Below, piece after piece: positions 50,317-61,468 of a stretch of 64,000 nt of DNA. The stretch lies in assembly GCF_036781545.1 (NCBI RefSeq), contig NZ_DAIQAT010000001.1, positions 49,200 to 113,199 of the forward strand. Reading direction: 5' to 3'. Position 1 is the first letter of the stretch; each line of letters starts with the position of its first letter. Source of the stretch: Tabrizicola sp. Lineage in GTDB: Bacteria > Pseudomonadota > Alphaproteobacteria > Rhodobacterales > Rhodobacteraceae. The position numbers and the translations under genes are program-made. The notes beneath the pieces were generated by a model. That model saw only the letters and a program-made list of their open reading frames with translations. It did no database searches and had not been told where the DNA came from.

Positions 50317-51818
50317 TCGGCGGCCTCCTTCGCATGGACGAAGTCATCGGGGAAATGGGTGAGTGCGCTCAGCACCGGATATGGGGTGAAGCCACCGAGC
50401 GCGCAAAGCGACCCGGCCTTCATCGTGTTGCAAAGATCGGTGATCAGCGGAATCGCGCTGGTATCGCCGCGCGCCAGCCGGTCCAGCGTCTCGACCCCGC
50501 GGGTCGATCCGATCCGGCAGGGGGTGCATTTGCCGCAGCTTTCGATGGCGCAGAACTCCATCGCGAAACGGGCCATGGCCAGCATGTCCACCGTATCGTC
50601 GGCGATGGTCAGGCCGGCGTGGCCGATGAGGCCGTCCTTGCCCGCGAATTCCTCGTAGCCGAAGGGCGTGTCGAACAGCGACACCGGGAACCAGGCGCCC
50701 AGCGGCCCGCCGACCTGCACCGCCTTGACCGGGCGGCCCGTCGCCGTGCCGCCGCCGATCTCGTTGACGATCTGGCCCAGGGTCAGGCCGAAGGCGACCT
50801 CGTAGAGCCCGCCATGCTTCACGTTCCCGGCAATCTGCAGCGGGATCGTGCCGCGCGACCGGCCAAGGCCGAAGTCCTTGTAGTAGGCCGCGCCCCTGGC
50901 CATGATCACCGGCACCGAGGCCAGCGAGATGACGTTGTTCACCACGGTCGGACGGCCCAGGAAGCCCTGCAGGGCAGGCAGCGGCGGCTTGGCACGGACC
51001 ACGCCGCGCTTGCCTTCCAGCGAGTTCAGAAGCGACGTCTCCTCGCCGCAGACATAGGCCCCGGCGCCGGTGCGGATTTCCATGTCGAAGACCGGGCCAA
51101 GGACGCCAGCCTCGCGCCCGATGCGGACGGCGGCTTCCATCACCCGGATCGCCACTGGGTATTCGCTGCGGATATAGACATAGCCCTTGGTCGCCCCGCA
51201 GGCCAGCCCGGCGATCGCCATGCCCTCGATCAGGGTGAAGGGGTCGCCCTCCATCAGCATCCGGTCGGCGAAGGTGGCACTGTCGCCCTCATCCGCGTTG
51301 CAGACGATGTATTTCTGCTCGCCCGGCGCTTCGGAAACTGTCTTCCACTTGATCCCCGTCGGGAAGCCCGCGCCGCCGCGGCCGCGCAGGCCCGACTCCG
51401 TCACCTCGGCGACGATCTCGGCCTTGGTCATGCCCTTCGCGCGCTCCAGCCCGGCAAGGCCGCCATGCGCGCGGTACTCTTCCAGCGACAGCGGGTCGAT
51501 CACGCCGACGCGGGCGAAGGTCAGACGGGTCTGGCCCTTCATCCAGGGCAGTTCCTCGACCAGCCCCAGCGCCTTGGGATGCGCGAAGAGATCGCCGAAG
51601 AGGCCCGGCACGTCCGCCACCGTCATCGGCCCGAAGCCCAGACGGCCCTCGGATCCCACCACCTCGACCAGCGGCTCCAGCCAGATCATCCCGCGGCTGC
51701 CGTTGCGGACAACGTCCACCGTCACGCCGCGCCGTGCGCCCTCGGCCTGGATCGCGGAAACCAGCTTGTCGGCGCCAAGCGCCACCGCGGCGGAATCGAG
51801 AGGAACGTAGATCTTCAT
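50313..51818 (-). CDS. fdsB: Formate dehydrogenase beta subunit (NuoF-like)
   Basis: LRGRGGAGFPTG, NADEGD, GAYVCGEETS, ESCGKCTPCRIG. Confidence 0.95.
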   Translation of the reverse strand: MKIYVPLDSAAVALGADKLVSAIQAEGARRGVTVDVVRNGSRGMIWLEPLVEVVGSEGRLGFGPMTVADVPGLFGDLFAHPKALGLVEELPWMKGQTRLTFARVGVIDPLSLEEYRAHGGLAGLERAKGMTKAEIVAEVTESGLRGRGGAGFPTGIKWKTVSEAPGEQKYIVCNADEGDSATFADRMLMEGDPFTLIEGMAIAGLACGATKGYVYIRSEYPVAIRVMEAAVRIGREAGVLGPVFDMEIRTGAGAYVCGEETSLLNSLEGKRGVVRAKPPLPALQGFLGRPTVVNNVISLASVPVIMARGAAYYKDFGLGRSRGTIPLQIAGNVKHGGLYEVAFGLTLGQIVNEIGGGTATGRPVKAVQVGGPLGAWFPVSLFDTPFGYEEFAGKDGLIGHAGLTIADDTVDMLAMARFAMEFCAIESCGKCTPCRIGSTRGVETLDRLARGDTSAIPLITDLCNTMKAGSLCALGGFTPYPVLSALTHFPDDFVHAKEAAE

Positions 51819-52273
51819 TGCGCCACCTCCGCGACGATCCCCTCGTCACAGCGACCGACCAGCCGCCCGTCCACCATCGCCGCCGGTCCGCAGGCGCACA
51901 GGCCCAGGCAGAACACCGGCTCCAGCGTCACGCGGCCATCGGCCGTCGTCTCGTGCCAGTCGATCCCCAGCGCCCGCTTGATCCGGTCCGCCACCGCATC
52001 CGCGCCCATGGTCTGGCAGGACTCGGCCCGGCACAGTTTCAGCACATGGCGCCCTGCCGGTTTCGCCCGGAAATCGTGGTAGAAGCTGATCACCCCATGC
52101 ACTTCCGCCTTCGACAGCGTCAAGGCCGCCGCGATCTGCGGCACGGCACTGTCAGGGACATAGCCGAACGCCTCCTGAATCGCGTGCAGGATGGGCAGCA
52201 GGGGACCTTCAAGCCCGAGATGGGCTTCGAGGATTTCAGCAATCCGGTCGGATTGATCGGCAGAATCAAGCAT
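51815..52273 (-). CDS. fdsG: Formate dehydrogenase gamma subunit (NuoE-like)
   Basis: LLPILHAIQ, FYHDF, CRAESC, CLGLCACGP. Confidence 0.95.
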   Translation of the reverse strand: MLDSADQSDRIAEILEAHLGLEGPLLPILHAIQEAFGYVPDSAVPQIAAALTLSKAEVHGVISFYHDFRAKPAGRHVLKLCRAESCQTMGADAVADRIKRALGIDWHETTADGRVTLEPVFCLGLCACGPAAMVDGRLVGRCDEGIVAEVAQ

Positions 52274-52350
52274 TGCGGGCGGACCTGTGGCTGGCGTCTA
52301 TACAGTCATAGGCAGATTGATAGCATTTTCAATACAGATGTGTCGTCAAA

Positions 52351-52369
52351 CGATAGGCATAAACTATCG
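52351..52369. promoter_or_regulatory. LysR-type binding site upstream of fdsG
   Basis: CGATAG-N7-CTATCG (T-N11-A), with a second ATAGGCA half-site near 52309. Confidence 0.6.
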
Positions 52370-53245
52370 AAACAACCGGACCGCTTCATCGACCAACGCC
52401 TGCAGGACCGGGGTCTGCGGATCGCGCCGCGCGGCGATCAGGCCCACCGAATGCTCTGCCTCGGGCTCGACGATGGGAATCGAATGCAACCGCCCGTCGG
52501 CCACGAACATGTCGGCCAGCTTCTTCGGCACCACGGAAGCCCAGCGCCCGGTCAGCACATGCGCCATCAGCGCCATGGTCGAGTTCGACTCGATCATCGG
52601 CACCGCATCCACCCCCGCCTCGCCCAGATGCTGGTTGACGATCCGCCGGTTCTGCATGTCCGAGGTCAGAAGACACAGCGGTATCACCGAAAGGTCGTTC
52701 CAGCTGACCTGGCGCCGTCCCGCCAACTCCGACCCCGGCGCGATCAGCAGGCGATAGAACTCGGTATAAAGCGGCACCTGCGACACCCGGCCCAGCGGCT
52801 CGTTGTCCAGATAGGTGATCCCCGCCTCCAGATCCAAGGCCTCGATCCCGGTCAGGATCTCCACGCTGGTCCGCGACAGGATCGACACCCGCACGTTCGG
52901 ATGCTTCTGGGTGAAGGGGCCGGTCAGGTCTGCCACCATCGGCAGGGCGGTGGGGATCACCCCGATCCGCAGATTGCCCGAGAGGCCCGTGCGCACCACC
53001 CGCATTTCGTCCTTCAGCGCACGGACGTCGCCGACGATGCCCAGCGCCCGGTCCAGCACCCGCTGGCCTTCGGGCGTCAGGCCCTGGAAGCGGCTGCCAC
53101 GGAACACCAGCTGCACGCCCAGCTGGTCCTCCAGCTGCCGGATCGCCGACGACAGCGAGGGCTGCGTCACCCCGCAGGCCTCGGCCGCGCGGCCGAAATG
53201 CCGCTCCTTCGCCAGCGCGATGAACATTTCCAGCTTGTCGATCAT
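52364..53245 (-). CDS. LysR-family regulator (likely fds regulator)
   Basis: HFGRAAEACGVTQPSLSSAIRQLE HTH; directly upstream of the fds operon. Confidence 0.92.
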   Translation of the reverse strand: MIDKLEMFIALAKERHFGRAAEACGVTQPSLSSAIRQLEDQLGVQLVFRGSRFQGLTPEGQRVLDRALGIVGDVRALKDEMRVVRTGLSGNLRIGVIPTALPMVADLTGPFTQKHPNVRVSILSRTSVEILTGIEALDLEAGITYLDNEPLGRVSQVPLYTEFYRLLIAPGSELAGRRQVSWNDLSVIPLCLLTSDMQNRRIVNQHLGEAGVDAVPMIESNSTMALMAHVLTGRWASVVPKKLADMFVADGRLHSIPIVEPEAEHSVGLIAARRDPQTPVLQALVDEAVRLFR

Positions 53246-53305
53246 CCCCGAACCCTGCCGCGCCGCGCCCTTGCCCGCAAGCCCCATAGGCCTTACCTCT
53301 GGCCC

Positions 53306-54097
53306 ATGCGCCGCTTCATCCCCTTCCTGCCGAAACCCGCCCTCGTCCCGGTGATCCGCCTTTCGGGCACCATCGGCACCGGCACCCGGTCGCTGAACGA
53401 CGAGGCGCTGGCCCCGCTTATCGACAAGGCGTTCAAGTCGAAGCCGGTGGCTGTGGCGCTCGCCATCAACTCGCCCGGAGGCTCGGCGGTGCAATCGTCC
53501 CTGATCGCCGCCCGCATCCGGCGTCTGGCAGACGAAAAGAACATCCCCGTCCATGCCTTCGTCGAGGATGTCGCGGCCTCGGGCGGCTACTGGCTGGCCT
53601 GCGCGGCGGATGAGATCTGGGTCGACCCCAGCAGCATCGTCGGCTCCATCGGCGTGATCTTCGCCAGCTTCGGCTTCCCCGAACTGATGGCCCGGCAAGG
53701 GGTCGAGCGTCGCGTGGTCACGGCGGGCCGGTCGAAAAGCTTTGCCGACCCGTTCCTGCCGCAGAAAGCCGAAGACATCGAACGCCTCAAGGCCTTGCAG
53801 ACCCCGATCCACCAAGCCTTCATCGACCATGTCCGGCGCAGTCGGGGCATCCGGCTGAACGATACCGCCGACCTCTTCAACGCCGACATCTGGGTCGGGC
53901 AGCAATCGGTCGACCTTGGCCTGACCGACGGTGTCGCCCATATGGTGCCGAAGCTGAAGGACCTCTACGGTGAAAAGGTGAAGCTCCTCCCCCTCGGCCG
54001 CAAGCGCAGCCTGTTCCAGCGCCTTGGCCTCTCTTTCCTCGACGAAACCCTCGGCGCGGTCGAGGATCGGGCGCTCTGGGCGCGATACGGTCTCTAG
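53306..54097 (+). CDS. S49 (SppA-like) peptidase
   Basis: INSPGGS, DVAASGGYWLA, SIVGSIGV. Confidence 0.92.
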   Translation: MRRFIPFLPKPALVPVIRLSGTIGTGTRSLNDEALAPLIDKAFKSKPVAVALAINSPGGSAVQSSLIAARIRRLADEKNIPVHAFVEDVAASGGYWLACAADEIWVDPSSIVGSIGVIFASFGFPELMARQGVERRVVTAGRSKSFADPFLPQKAEDIERLKALQTPIHQAFIDHVRRSRGIRLNDTADLFNADIWVGQQSVDLGLTDGVAHMVPKLKDLYGEKVKLLPLGRKRSLFQRLGLSFLDETLGAVEDRALWARYGL

Positions 54098-54283
54098 ATG
54101 CTGGTCAAGGTCATCATCGTCTTCCTCGGATTCATGGCGCTGATCGCCTTCATCGGCCGCGCGCTCTTTCCCTCCGCCCTCCCCCGCGTGCTGCGGAAAC
54201 GTCCGGGGGCGCCGCGCTGCGGCAGATGCGGGCGCTACCTGATCGGGGAAAAGACCTGCAGCTGCGGGGGACGCGCGAAATGA
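54098..54283 (+). CDS. Small membrane protein with CxxC..CxC motif
   Basis: N-terminal TM, CGRCG..CSC; translationally coupled on both sides. Confidence 0.75.
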   Translation: MLVKVIIVFLGFMALIAFIGRALFPSALPRVLRKRPGAPRCGRCGRYLIGEKTCSCGGRAK

Positions 54284-55053
54284 CGGCGCTGGTGACGGGC
54301 GGGGCCAGGCGGCTGGGCCGGGCGATGGCGCTGTATCTGGCGGGTCGGGGCCATGACGTGGCGATCCACTATGCCTCCTCGGCAGAAGAGGCCGAGGCCA
54401 CGGTCGCCGAGATCCGCGCCCTGGGCCGCAAGGCGCAGGCCTTCCACGCCGACCTGTTGCAGGAAGCGCAAGTCCAGGCGCTGATCCCCGCCGCGACCGC
54501 CGCGCTCGGCCCGCTTGCCGTGCTGGTCAACAGCGCCTCGATCTTTGAGTATGACCGGATCGACACCTCTACCCGCCAGGGCTGGGACCGGCACATCGAA
54601 TCGAACCTGCGCGCTCCTTACGTCCTGACCCAAGCCTTCGCGCGCCAGTGCCCCGCGGCCACCACGGACGAAAACGGCGAACCCCTCGCCCAGGGCCTGA
54701 TCGTCAACATGATCGACCAGCGCATCCTGAAGCTGACGCCCGAATTCTCCACCTATACCATCGCCAAGATGGGCCTCTGGGCCCTGACGCAGACCGCCGC
54801 CCAGGGCCTTGCACCGAACATCCGCGTCAACGCCATCGGCCCGGGCCCAACCCTGAGGGGTTCCCGCCAGAGCGAAACCCACTTCGCCCGCCAGCGCGCC
54901 GCAACCGTTCTGGGCCGGGGCGCGAACCCGCAGGACATCACCGCCGCGCTGGGGTTCTTCCTCGACAGCCCGGGCGTCACAGGCCAGTTCGTCGCGGTGG
55001 ATGGCGGCCAGCATCTGGGCTGGAAAACCCCCGACGTTCTGGGCGTGGAATAG
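54280..55053 (+). CDS. SDR oxidoreductase (pteridine reductase/FolM-like)
   Basis: TGGARRLG, NSAS, YTIAK, RVNAIGPG, VDGG. Confidence 0.9.
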   Translation: MTALVTGGARRLGRAMALYLAGRGHDVAIHYASSAEEAEATVAEIRALGRKAQAFHADLLQEAQVQALIPAATAALGPLAVLVNSASIFEYDRIDTSTRQGWDRHIESNLRAPYVLTQAFARQCPAATTDENGEPLAQGLIVNMIDQRILKLTPEFSTYTIAKMGLWALTQTAAQGLAPNIRVNAIGPGPTLRGSRQSETHFARQRAATVLGRGANPQDITAALGFFLDSPGVTGQFVAVDGGQHLGWKTPDVLGVE

Positions 55054-55350
55054 GCTTTCCAAAGCAACCCCGCGTCAACTTGTCCACTTCTCACGCCGCC
55101 GTCACAAGATCGTCATGATTCACTTGAGATTTCAGGGATTTGCGTCGGCCAAGAAAATCTTTCCAGTAAAATCAATGACTTCCTAAATTGCCTAAAAAAT
55201 AGGCAACTTCACGAACCGGGCCGAAAACAAGGGAAAATCCGCACTCCTGAAATCTTCTCCGCAGAGTTATCCCCAGATTCCGTGGACAGCTTTGCTCTTG
55301 CCACCGCCCCCCTTCGGTGGCAGCCCACCCAAGAATCGACAGACCGCAGA
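55054..55350. other. Candidate chromosomal replication origin (oriC-like)
   Basis: AT-rich ~300-bp spacer; DnaA-box-like 9-mers at 55080, 55255, 55267 and 55281 (rev); IHF-like AATCAATGACTTC 55170-55182; GANTC at 55117, 55276, 55333. Confidence 0.55.
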
Positions 55351-55352
55351 CC

Positions 55353-57221
55353 ATGCCCGAACTCACGGATCCAAAACCCCGCACCGGACATGAGGTGATC
55401 CAGGATTACCTCCGCACTCTCGACGGTTCGCCGGGGGTTTACCGGATGCTGAACGCGGCCTCCGAGGTGCTGTATGTCGGCAAGGCGCGCAACCTGAAGG
55501 CGCGCGTCACCAATTATGCCCGCCCGTCCGGCCACTCCGGTCGGATCGCCCGGATGATCCACGAAACCGCCTCGATGATGTTCCTGACCACGCGGACGGA
55601 ACTTGAGGCGCTGCTGCTGGAACAGAACCTCATCAAGCAGCTGAAGCCGCGCTACAATGTGCTCCTGCGCGACGACAAGAGCTTCCCGAACATCCTGATC
55701 TCGGCCGAGCATCCCTATCCGCAGATCAAGAAGCACCGCGGCAAGAAGTCCGAGAAGGGCGCCTATTTCGGCCCCTTCGCCAGCGCGGGCGCGGTGAACC
55801 GCACGCTGAACCAGTTGCAGAAGGTCTTCCTCTTGCGGAACTGCTCGGACAGCATGTTTGAGTCCCGCACCCGCCCCTGCCTGCAATACCAGATCAAGCG
55901 CTGCTCCGCCCCCTGCGTCGGCAAGATCAGCGAAGAAGGCTATGCCGACCTCGTCGCCGACGCCGAGCGGTTCCTCGAAGGCAAGACCACCTCGGTCCAG
56001 GCCAACCTCGCCCGCGACATGGCGCAGGCCTCGGAAGCGATGGAGTTCGAACGCGCCGCCGCACTGCGCGACCGGATCAAGGCGCTGACCCAGATCCAGC
56101 AGAGCCAGGGCATCAACCCGCAAGGTGTGACCGAGGCCGATGTGGTCGCGCTTCACCTCGAACAGGGGCAGGCCTGCGTGCAGGTCTTCTTCATCCGCGC
56201 CAACCAAAGCTGGGGCAACCGCGACTTCTACCCCAAGACCGGGGCCGGGGCCGAAGCGCCCGAGATCATGGAGGCCTTCCTCACCCAGTTCTACGACGAC
56301 AAGGAGCCGCCCCGCCTGATCCTGCTGTCCCACCCCGTCGACAACCCCGACCTGGTGGCCGAAGCGCTTGCGGTGCGGGCGGGCCGCAAGGTGGAGCTTG
56401 CCGTGCCCCAGCGCGGCGAGAAGGCCGAGCTTGTGGAAAACGCGGTGCGGAACGCCCGCGAAAGCCTCGCCCGCCGGATGGCCGAGTCGACCACCCAGAA
56501 CAAGCTGCTGGCGGGCCTGGCCGAAGCCTTCGACCTCGACGCCCCGCCGCAGCGGATCGAGGTCTACGACAACTCCCATATCCAGGGCGCCCATGCCGTC
56601 GGGGGAATGATCGTCGCCGGGCCGGATGGCTTCCTGAAGTCGCAATACCGCAAGTTCAACATCAAATCCGAGGCCGGGGCGAACTCCGACGACTTTGGCA
56701 TGATGAGGGAAGTCCTGACCCGCCGCTTCGAGCGTCTCCTCAAGGAAGACCCCGAGCGGAAGACCGAGATGTGGCCCGACCTCCTGCTGATCGACGGCGG
56801 CGCCGGGCAGGTCTCCGCCGTGGCCGGGATCATGGCCGAGCTTGGGGTGGACGACATCGCCATGGTCGGCGTGGCGAAAGGCATTGACCGCGACGCCGGG
56901 AAAGAGGAATTCCACCGCCCCGGCGAACGCCCCTTCGCCTTGCAACGGAACGACCCCGTACTCTACTTCATCCAGCGCCTGCGGGATGAGGCGCACCGCT
57001 GGGCCATCGGCGCCCACCGCGCCAAACGCGCGAAGGCGGTCAGCCTGACGCCGCTGGACGACATTCCCGGCATCGGCGCCACCCGCAAACGCGCGCTCCT
57101 GCAACATTTCGGCAGCGCCAAGGCGGTCGCCCGGGCCGGGGTGGCAGATTTGCAGGCGGTGGACGGGATTTCCGAGGCCATGGCCAAGACCATCGCGGAT
57201 TACTTCTCGGCGAAAGGGTAG
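55353..57221 (+). CDS. uvrC: Excinuclease ABC subunit C
   Basis: [47 protein letters not shown]-terminal HhH. Confidence 0.97.
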   Translation: MPELTDPKPRTGHEVIQDYLRTLDGSPGVYRMLNAASEVLYVGKARNLKARVTNYARPSGHSGRIARMIHETASMMFLTTRTELEALLLEQNLIKQLKPRYNVLLRDDKSFPNILISAEHPYPQIKKHRGKKSEKGAYFGPFASAGAVNRTLNQLQKVFLLRNCSDSMFESRTRPCLQYQIKRCSAPCVGKISEEGYADLVADAERFLEGKTTSVQANLARDMAQASEAMEFERAAALRDRIKALTQIQQSQGINPQGVTEADVVALHLEQGQACVQVFFIRANQSWGNRDFYPKTGAGAEAPEIMEAFLTQFYDDKEPPRLILLSHPVDNPDLVAEALAVRAGRKVELAVPQRGEKAELVENAVRNARESLARRMAESTTQNKLLAGLAEAFDLDAPPQRIEVYDNSHIQGAHAVGGMIVAGPDGFLKSQYRKFNIKSEAGANSDDFGMMREVLTRRFERLLKEDPERKTEMWPDLLLIDGGAGQVSAVAGIMAELGVDDIAMVGVAKGIDRDAGKEEFHRPGERPFALQRNDPVLYFIQRLRDEAHRWAIGAHRAKRAKAVSLTPLDDIPGIGATRKRALLQHFGSAKAVARAGVADLQAVDGISEAMAKTIADYFSAKG

Positions 57222-57317
57222 GTTTTCGCAGGGTGGGGGCCAACCGACCATCCGCGCGGGGAGAGCGGAGAAGGGGGGACAGCCCCCGATTCGCCCGGAG
57301 TGGTTAACACCAAAACC

Positions 57318-57372
57318 GCCAGACGCGCGTATGGACGGAATCCAGACGCGATCCATACGGTTTCCAGACGCA
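57318..57372. repeat. Five degenerate 11-bp tandem units
   Basis: GCCAGACGCGC GTATGGACGGA ATCCAGACGCG ATCCATACGGT TTCCAGACGCA. Confidence 0.55.
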
Positions 57373-57422
57373 TCGCGCCCCGCCAACCCGTTGACCTAAC
57401 ACACAGAACGCCCGGCCAGCGG

Positions 57423-58424
57423 CTATTTCACCACGAACCCATGCGCGAACGGGTCCCGGTCGTCGATGAAGATCGTGTTGATCCCCGTCTGCCGCGCCCA
57501 GCCGGCGATGGAGGGCACGATCGCCTCTCGCCCCGCCACCGTCGCGGACGCCTCGACCCGCCCCTTGAAGATCGAGCCGATGATGCTTTCGTGGTGGAAC
57601 TCGTCCCCCACCGCCAGCTTCCCCTTCGCCGCCAGCTGCGCCATCCGGGCCGAGGTTCCGGTCCCGCAGGGGCTCCGGTCGATGGCTTTTTCCCCATAAA
57701 ACACGGCGTTGCGGGCATGGGCGCCCGGAACCGTCGGCTTGCCGGTCCAAAGGATATGGCTCAACCCTTTGATCGCCGGATGCTCGGGATGCACGAATTC
57801 ATACTTCGCATTCAGCGCCGCCCGCAGCTTCGGCGACCAGCCCACCAGCTCACCCGCCGTATGGTCCGCCATATCGCGGAAGGCCTTCTGCGGCTCGACG
57901 ATGGCATAGAAGTTGCCGCCATAGGCCACGTCCACCACCACCTCGCCCAGACCCTCGACTTCTGCCGTAAGCCCTTCTGCATAAAGGAATCCCGGCACGT
58001 TGGTCAGCCGAACCTCCTCGACGAACCGGTCCTCCTGTATATACGAAACCTCGACCCGCCCGGCAGGAGCATCCACCGCCAGCCGCCCCGGCTCGCGCGG
58101 GGTGATGAGGCCATTTTCGATCCCCATGGTCACCGTCCCGATCAGGCCGTGGCCACACATCGGCAGGCAGCCGGAGGTCTCGATGAACAGCACGCCAACG
58201 TCGCAATCCTCGCGGGTCGGCGGGTAGAGGATGGAGCCGGACATCATGTCATGCCCCCTCGGCTCGAACATGAGGCCGGTCCGTATCCAGTCGTAATCCT
58301 TCAGGAAATGCGCCCGCCGCTCCAGCATGGTCGCCCCCTGCAGGCGCGGTCCGCCGCCCGAGACCAGCCGCACCGGGTTGCCGCAGGTGTGTCCGTCGAG
58401 GCAGGAGAATGTATATACGGCCAT
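57423..58424 (-). CDS. 4-hydroxyproline 2-epimerase (proline racemase family)
   Basis: EPRGH, PMCGH and DRSPCGTG Cys/Cys catalytic motifs. Confidence 0.92.
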   Translation of the reverse strand: MAVYTFSCLDGHTCGNPVRLVSGGGPRLQGATMLERRAHFLKDYDWIRTGLMFEPRGHDMMSGSILYPPTREDCDVGVLFIETSGCLPMCGHGLIGTVTMGIENGLITPREPGRLAVDAPAGRVEVSYIQEDRFVEEVRLTNVPGFLYAEGLTAEVEGLGEVVVDVAYGGNFYAIVEPQKAFRDMADHTAGELVGWSPKLRAALNAKYEFVHPEHPAIKGLSHILWTGKPTVPGAHARNAVFYGEKAIDRSPCGTGTSARMAQLAAKGKLAVGDEFHHESIIGSIFKGRVEASATVAGREAIVPSIAGWARQTGINTIFIDDRDPFAHGFVVK

Positions 58425-58425
58425 G

Positions 58426-59658
58426 TCAAAACCTTTGCGGCGAGAAAGGGGTCAGGTCCAGCGCGGGCGGCGCCCCGGTCAGAAGGTCGGCCACCAGCCG
58501 CGCCGTCCCCGCGCTTTGGGTCAGGCCGAGGTGGCCGTGGCCGAAGGCATGGATCACATTCGGCGTGGCTTTCGACCGGCCAATCGCGGGCAGGCTGTCG
58601 GGCAGCGAGGGACGGAAGCCCATCCATTGCGTGCCGCCTTCGGTCTTCAGGCCTGGCAGAAAAGCCTTCGCTTTCCGGAGCATGGCTTCGGACCTCTTGT
58701 AGTTCGGCGGCAGCGACAGGCCCCCAAGCTCCACCGCACCGCCCACCCGGATACCGGTCGACAGGCGCGAGACCACGAAGCCGTGGCCGCCGAACGTCAC
58801 CTGACAGCGCAGGTCCAGCGCGTCGGGCGGCAGGGTGGTATTGTAGCCGCGCTCGGTTTCCAGCGGGATGCGTTCGCCCAACGTCGCCGCGATCCGGTGC
58901 GAGAACGCCCCGGCGGCCAGTACGACCTTGTCGGCGGCCAAGGGCTCACCTTTGGTGCGTATATACACGCCACTCTCCCGCGGCTCCAGCCCCGTCACCT
59001 CGGCGCGCCGGATCGTCCCGCCCTGGGCCTGGAATCGCTCCGCCAGTGCCAGCACATAGTTCTTTGGATCGGCGATGGAATACCAGCCGGGGGTGAAGGT
59101 GCCATGGGTGAAGCGGGGCGAGAGACCCGGTTGCACCCCTGCCATCTCGGCCGCCGTCATATGGCGGAATTCGATCCCATGTGCCTCCCGGGCCTGCCAG
59201 CCCGGAAGCGACGCCTGTAACTCGGCCTCGCCCTCATAGACCTGAAGGTTGCCGTCCTTGCGCAGCATCGGAAGCGTGCCGGTCACGGCGAGAAACGGCT
59301 CTAACTCGGCCCGGGACAGGTCCATCAGCGCCGTCTGGGCCGTGGTAGAGGCCGCGACGGCGCGGGGCGAACAAGCGCGCCAGAAGCGGTAGAGCCAGGG
59401 CGCGATCTGCAGCGCATAGGCGGGCGGAATGGTCAGCGGGCCCAGCGGGTCCAGCAGCCATTTCGGCGCCTTGCGCAGGATACCGGGCGAGGCCAGTGGC
59501 AGGATGTCGGTGAAGGCGAAAGCCCCGGCATTCCCCGCCGAGGCCCCTGCCGCGGGACCTTCGCGGTCCACCACCGTGACGGAAAGCCCCCGCGCCTGCG
59601 CCATCAGGGCGGCAGACAGCCCGATGACCCCGGCGCCGATGACGGTGACCCGCGTCAT
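58426..59658 (-). CDS. FAD-dependent D-amino-acid dehydrogenase (probable D-hydroxyproline dehydrogenase)
   Basis: VIGAGVIG, SAGNAG, ERGY, WMGFRPSLPDSLP, FGHGHLGLT; hyp context. Confidence 0.88.
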   Translation of the reverse strand: MTRVTVIGAGVIGLSAALMAQARGLSVTVVDREGPAAGASAGNAGAFAFTDILPLASPGILRKAPKWLLDPLGPLTIPPAYALQIAPWLYRFWRACSPRAVAASTTAQTALMDLSRAELEPFLAVTGTLPMLRKDGNLQVYEGEAELQASLPGWQAREAHGIEFRHMTAAEMAGVQPGLSPRFTHGTFTPGWYSIADPKNYVLALAERFQAQGGTIRRAEVTGLEPRESGVYIRTKGEPLAADKVVLAAGAFSHRIAATLGERIPLETERGYNTTLPPDALDLRCQVTFGGHGFVVSRLSTGIRVGGAVELGGLSLPPNYKRSEAMLRKAKAFLPGLKTEGGTQWMGFRPSLPDSLPAIGRSKATPNVIHAFGHGHLGLTQSAGTARLVADLLTGAPPALDLTPFSPQRF

Positions 59659-59659
59659 A

Positions 59660-60619
<960 letters not shown>

Positions 60620-60682
60620 GATTGCAATCCTCCTATGGCGGCCGAATCCGCATCCTCGGCACAGGATATAGATTGCATTTTA

Positions 60683-60694
60683 TTTGTCGACAAG
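60683..60694. promoter_or_regulatory. GntR-type operator candidate for the hyp operon
   Basis: Palindrome TTGTCGACAA 60684-60693 in the AT-rich region upstream of the deaminase gene. Confidence 0.6.
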
Positions 60695-60735
60695 ATTTTT
60701 GCCCATGGTTTCAATGCGCAAGACCAGAAGTTGGT

Positions 60736-61437
60736 TCAGAGCTCGATATCCTGCCGCAGGTCGCGGGCCATCATGTCCTGGATCTGCCGGACGATCTTGT
60801 CGGCGTGATCCTTCGCCAGCCGGTCGCATGTATCTACATCCCGCGCCGCCACGGCCGCGATGATCGCCTCGTGCTCCTGTATATACGGATGCGGCAGGCG
60901 CGCCTCGAAGGTGGGGTAGTAATACAGCCGCATGATGCGCCGCCCTTCGTCCAGGAGGCGCGAGAAGAGTTGCAGGTAATAGGGGTTCCGCCCGGCTTCG
61001 GCGATGGCGACATGGAAGTCGCGGTTCAACTGGATCATCCCCGCCGTATCCCCAGCGAGGACCACCTTGGCGAAAGCCTCCTGCCGGGCGCGAATTTCGG
61101 CAAGGTCCGCCGCATCGTGGAACTGCGCCGCCAGCCTTGTGGTCACGCGATACATCAGCGTCAGGGCGTCGAAGAAATGATGCAGATTGGGAAAGTCGAT
61201 CTGCGAGACCACGGTGGAGCGGTTCGGCAAGAGCGTCACCAGCCCATCGCCCGCCAGCCGCACCAGTGCCTCGCGGATCGGGGTGCGCGACATGCTCAGC
61301 CGGTCCGCCAGGCCGATTTCGTCAATCGGTTCACCGGGTTGCAGCACCAGGTTCAGGATCTCGTCCCGCAAGGTGTCATAGACGAAGCGCGCGCCAGTGC
61401 CGCGCTTGCGTTCACCTGCTTCCTCTATATCGGACAT
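60736..61437 (-). CDS. GntR/FCD regulator (HypR-like)
   Basis: VYDTLRDEI..MSRTPIREAL HTH, NRDFH..EHEAI. Confidence 0.9.
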   Translation of the reverse strand: MSDIEEAGERKRGTGARFVYDTLRDEILNLVLQPGEPIDEIGLADRLSMSRTPIREALVRLAGDGLVTLLPNRSTVVSQIDFPNLHHFFDALTLMYRVTTRLAAQFHDAADLAEIRARQEAFAKVVLAGDTAGMIQLNRDFHVAIAEAGRNPYYLQLFSRLLDEGRRIMRLYYYPTFEARLPHPYIQEHEAIIAAVAARDVDTCDRLAKDHADKIVRQIQDMMARDLRQDIEL

Positions 61438-61468
61438 GCTTCCCCCTGTATATACGGGCTTCGCCCGC

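Noticed and set aside
47419..52082. 1079-aa and 582-aa plus-strand ORFs
   Set aside because: Antisense to fdsA and fdsB, which have clear catalytic motifs
51734..53941. N-terminal extensions of the S49 (787 aa) and LysR (525 aa) ORFs
   Set aside because: Domains begin at ATG 53306 and ATG 53245; the extensions overlap other real genes
55054..55350. LexA box for uvrC or canonical parS
   Set aside because: No clear GTTC-N7-GTTC repeat and no GTTTCACGTGAAAC seen
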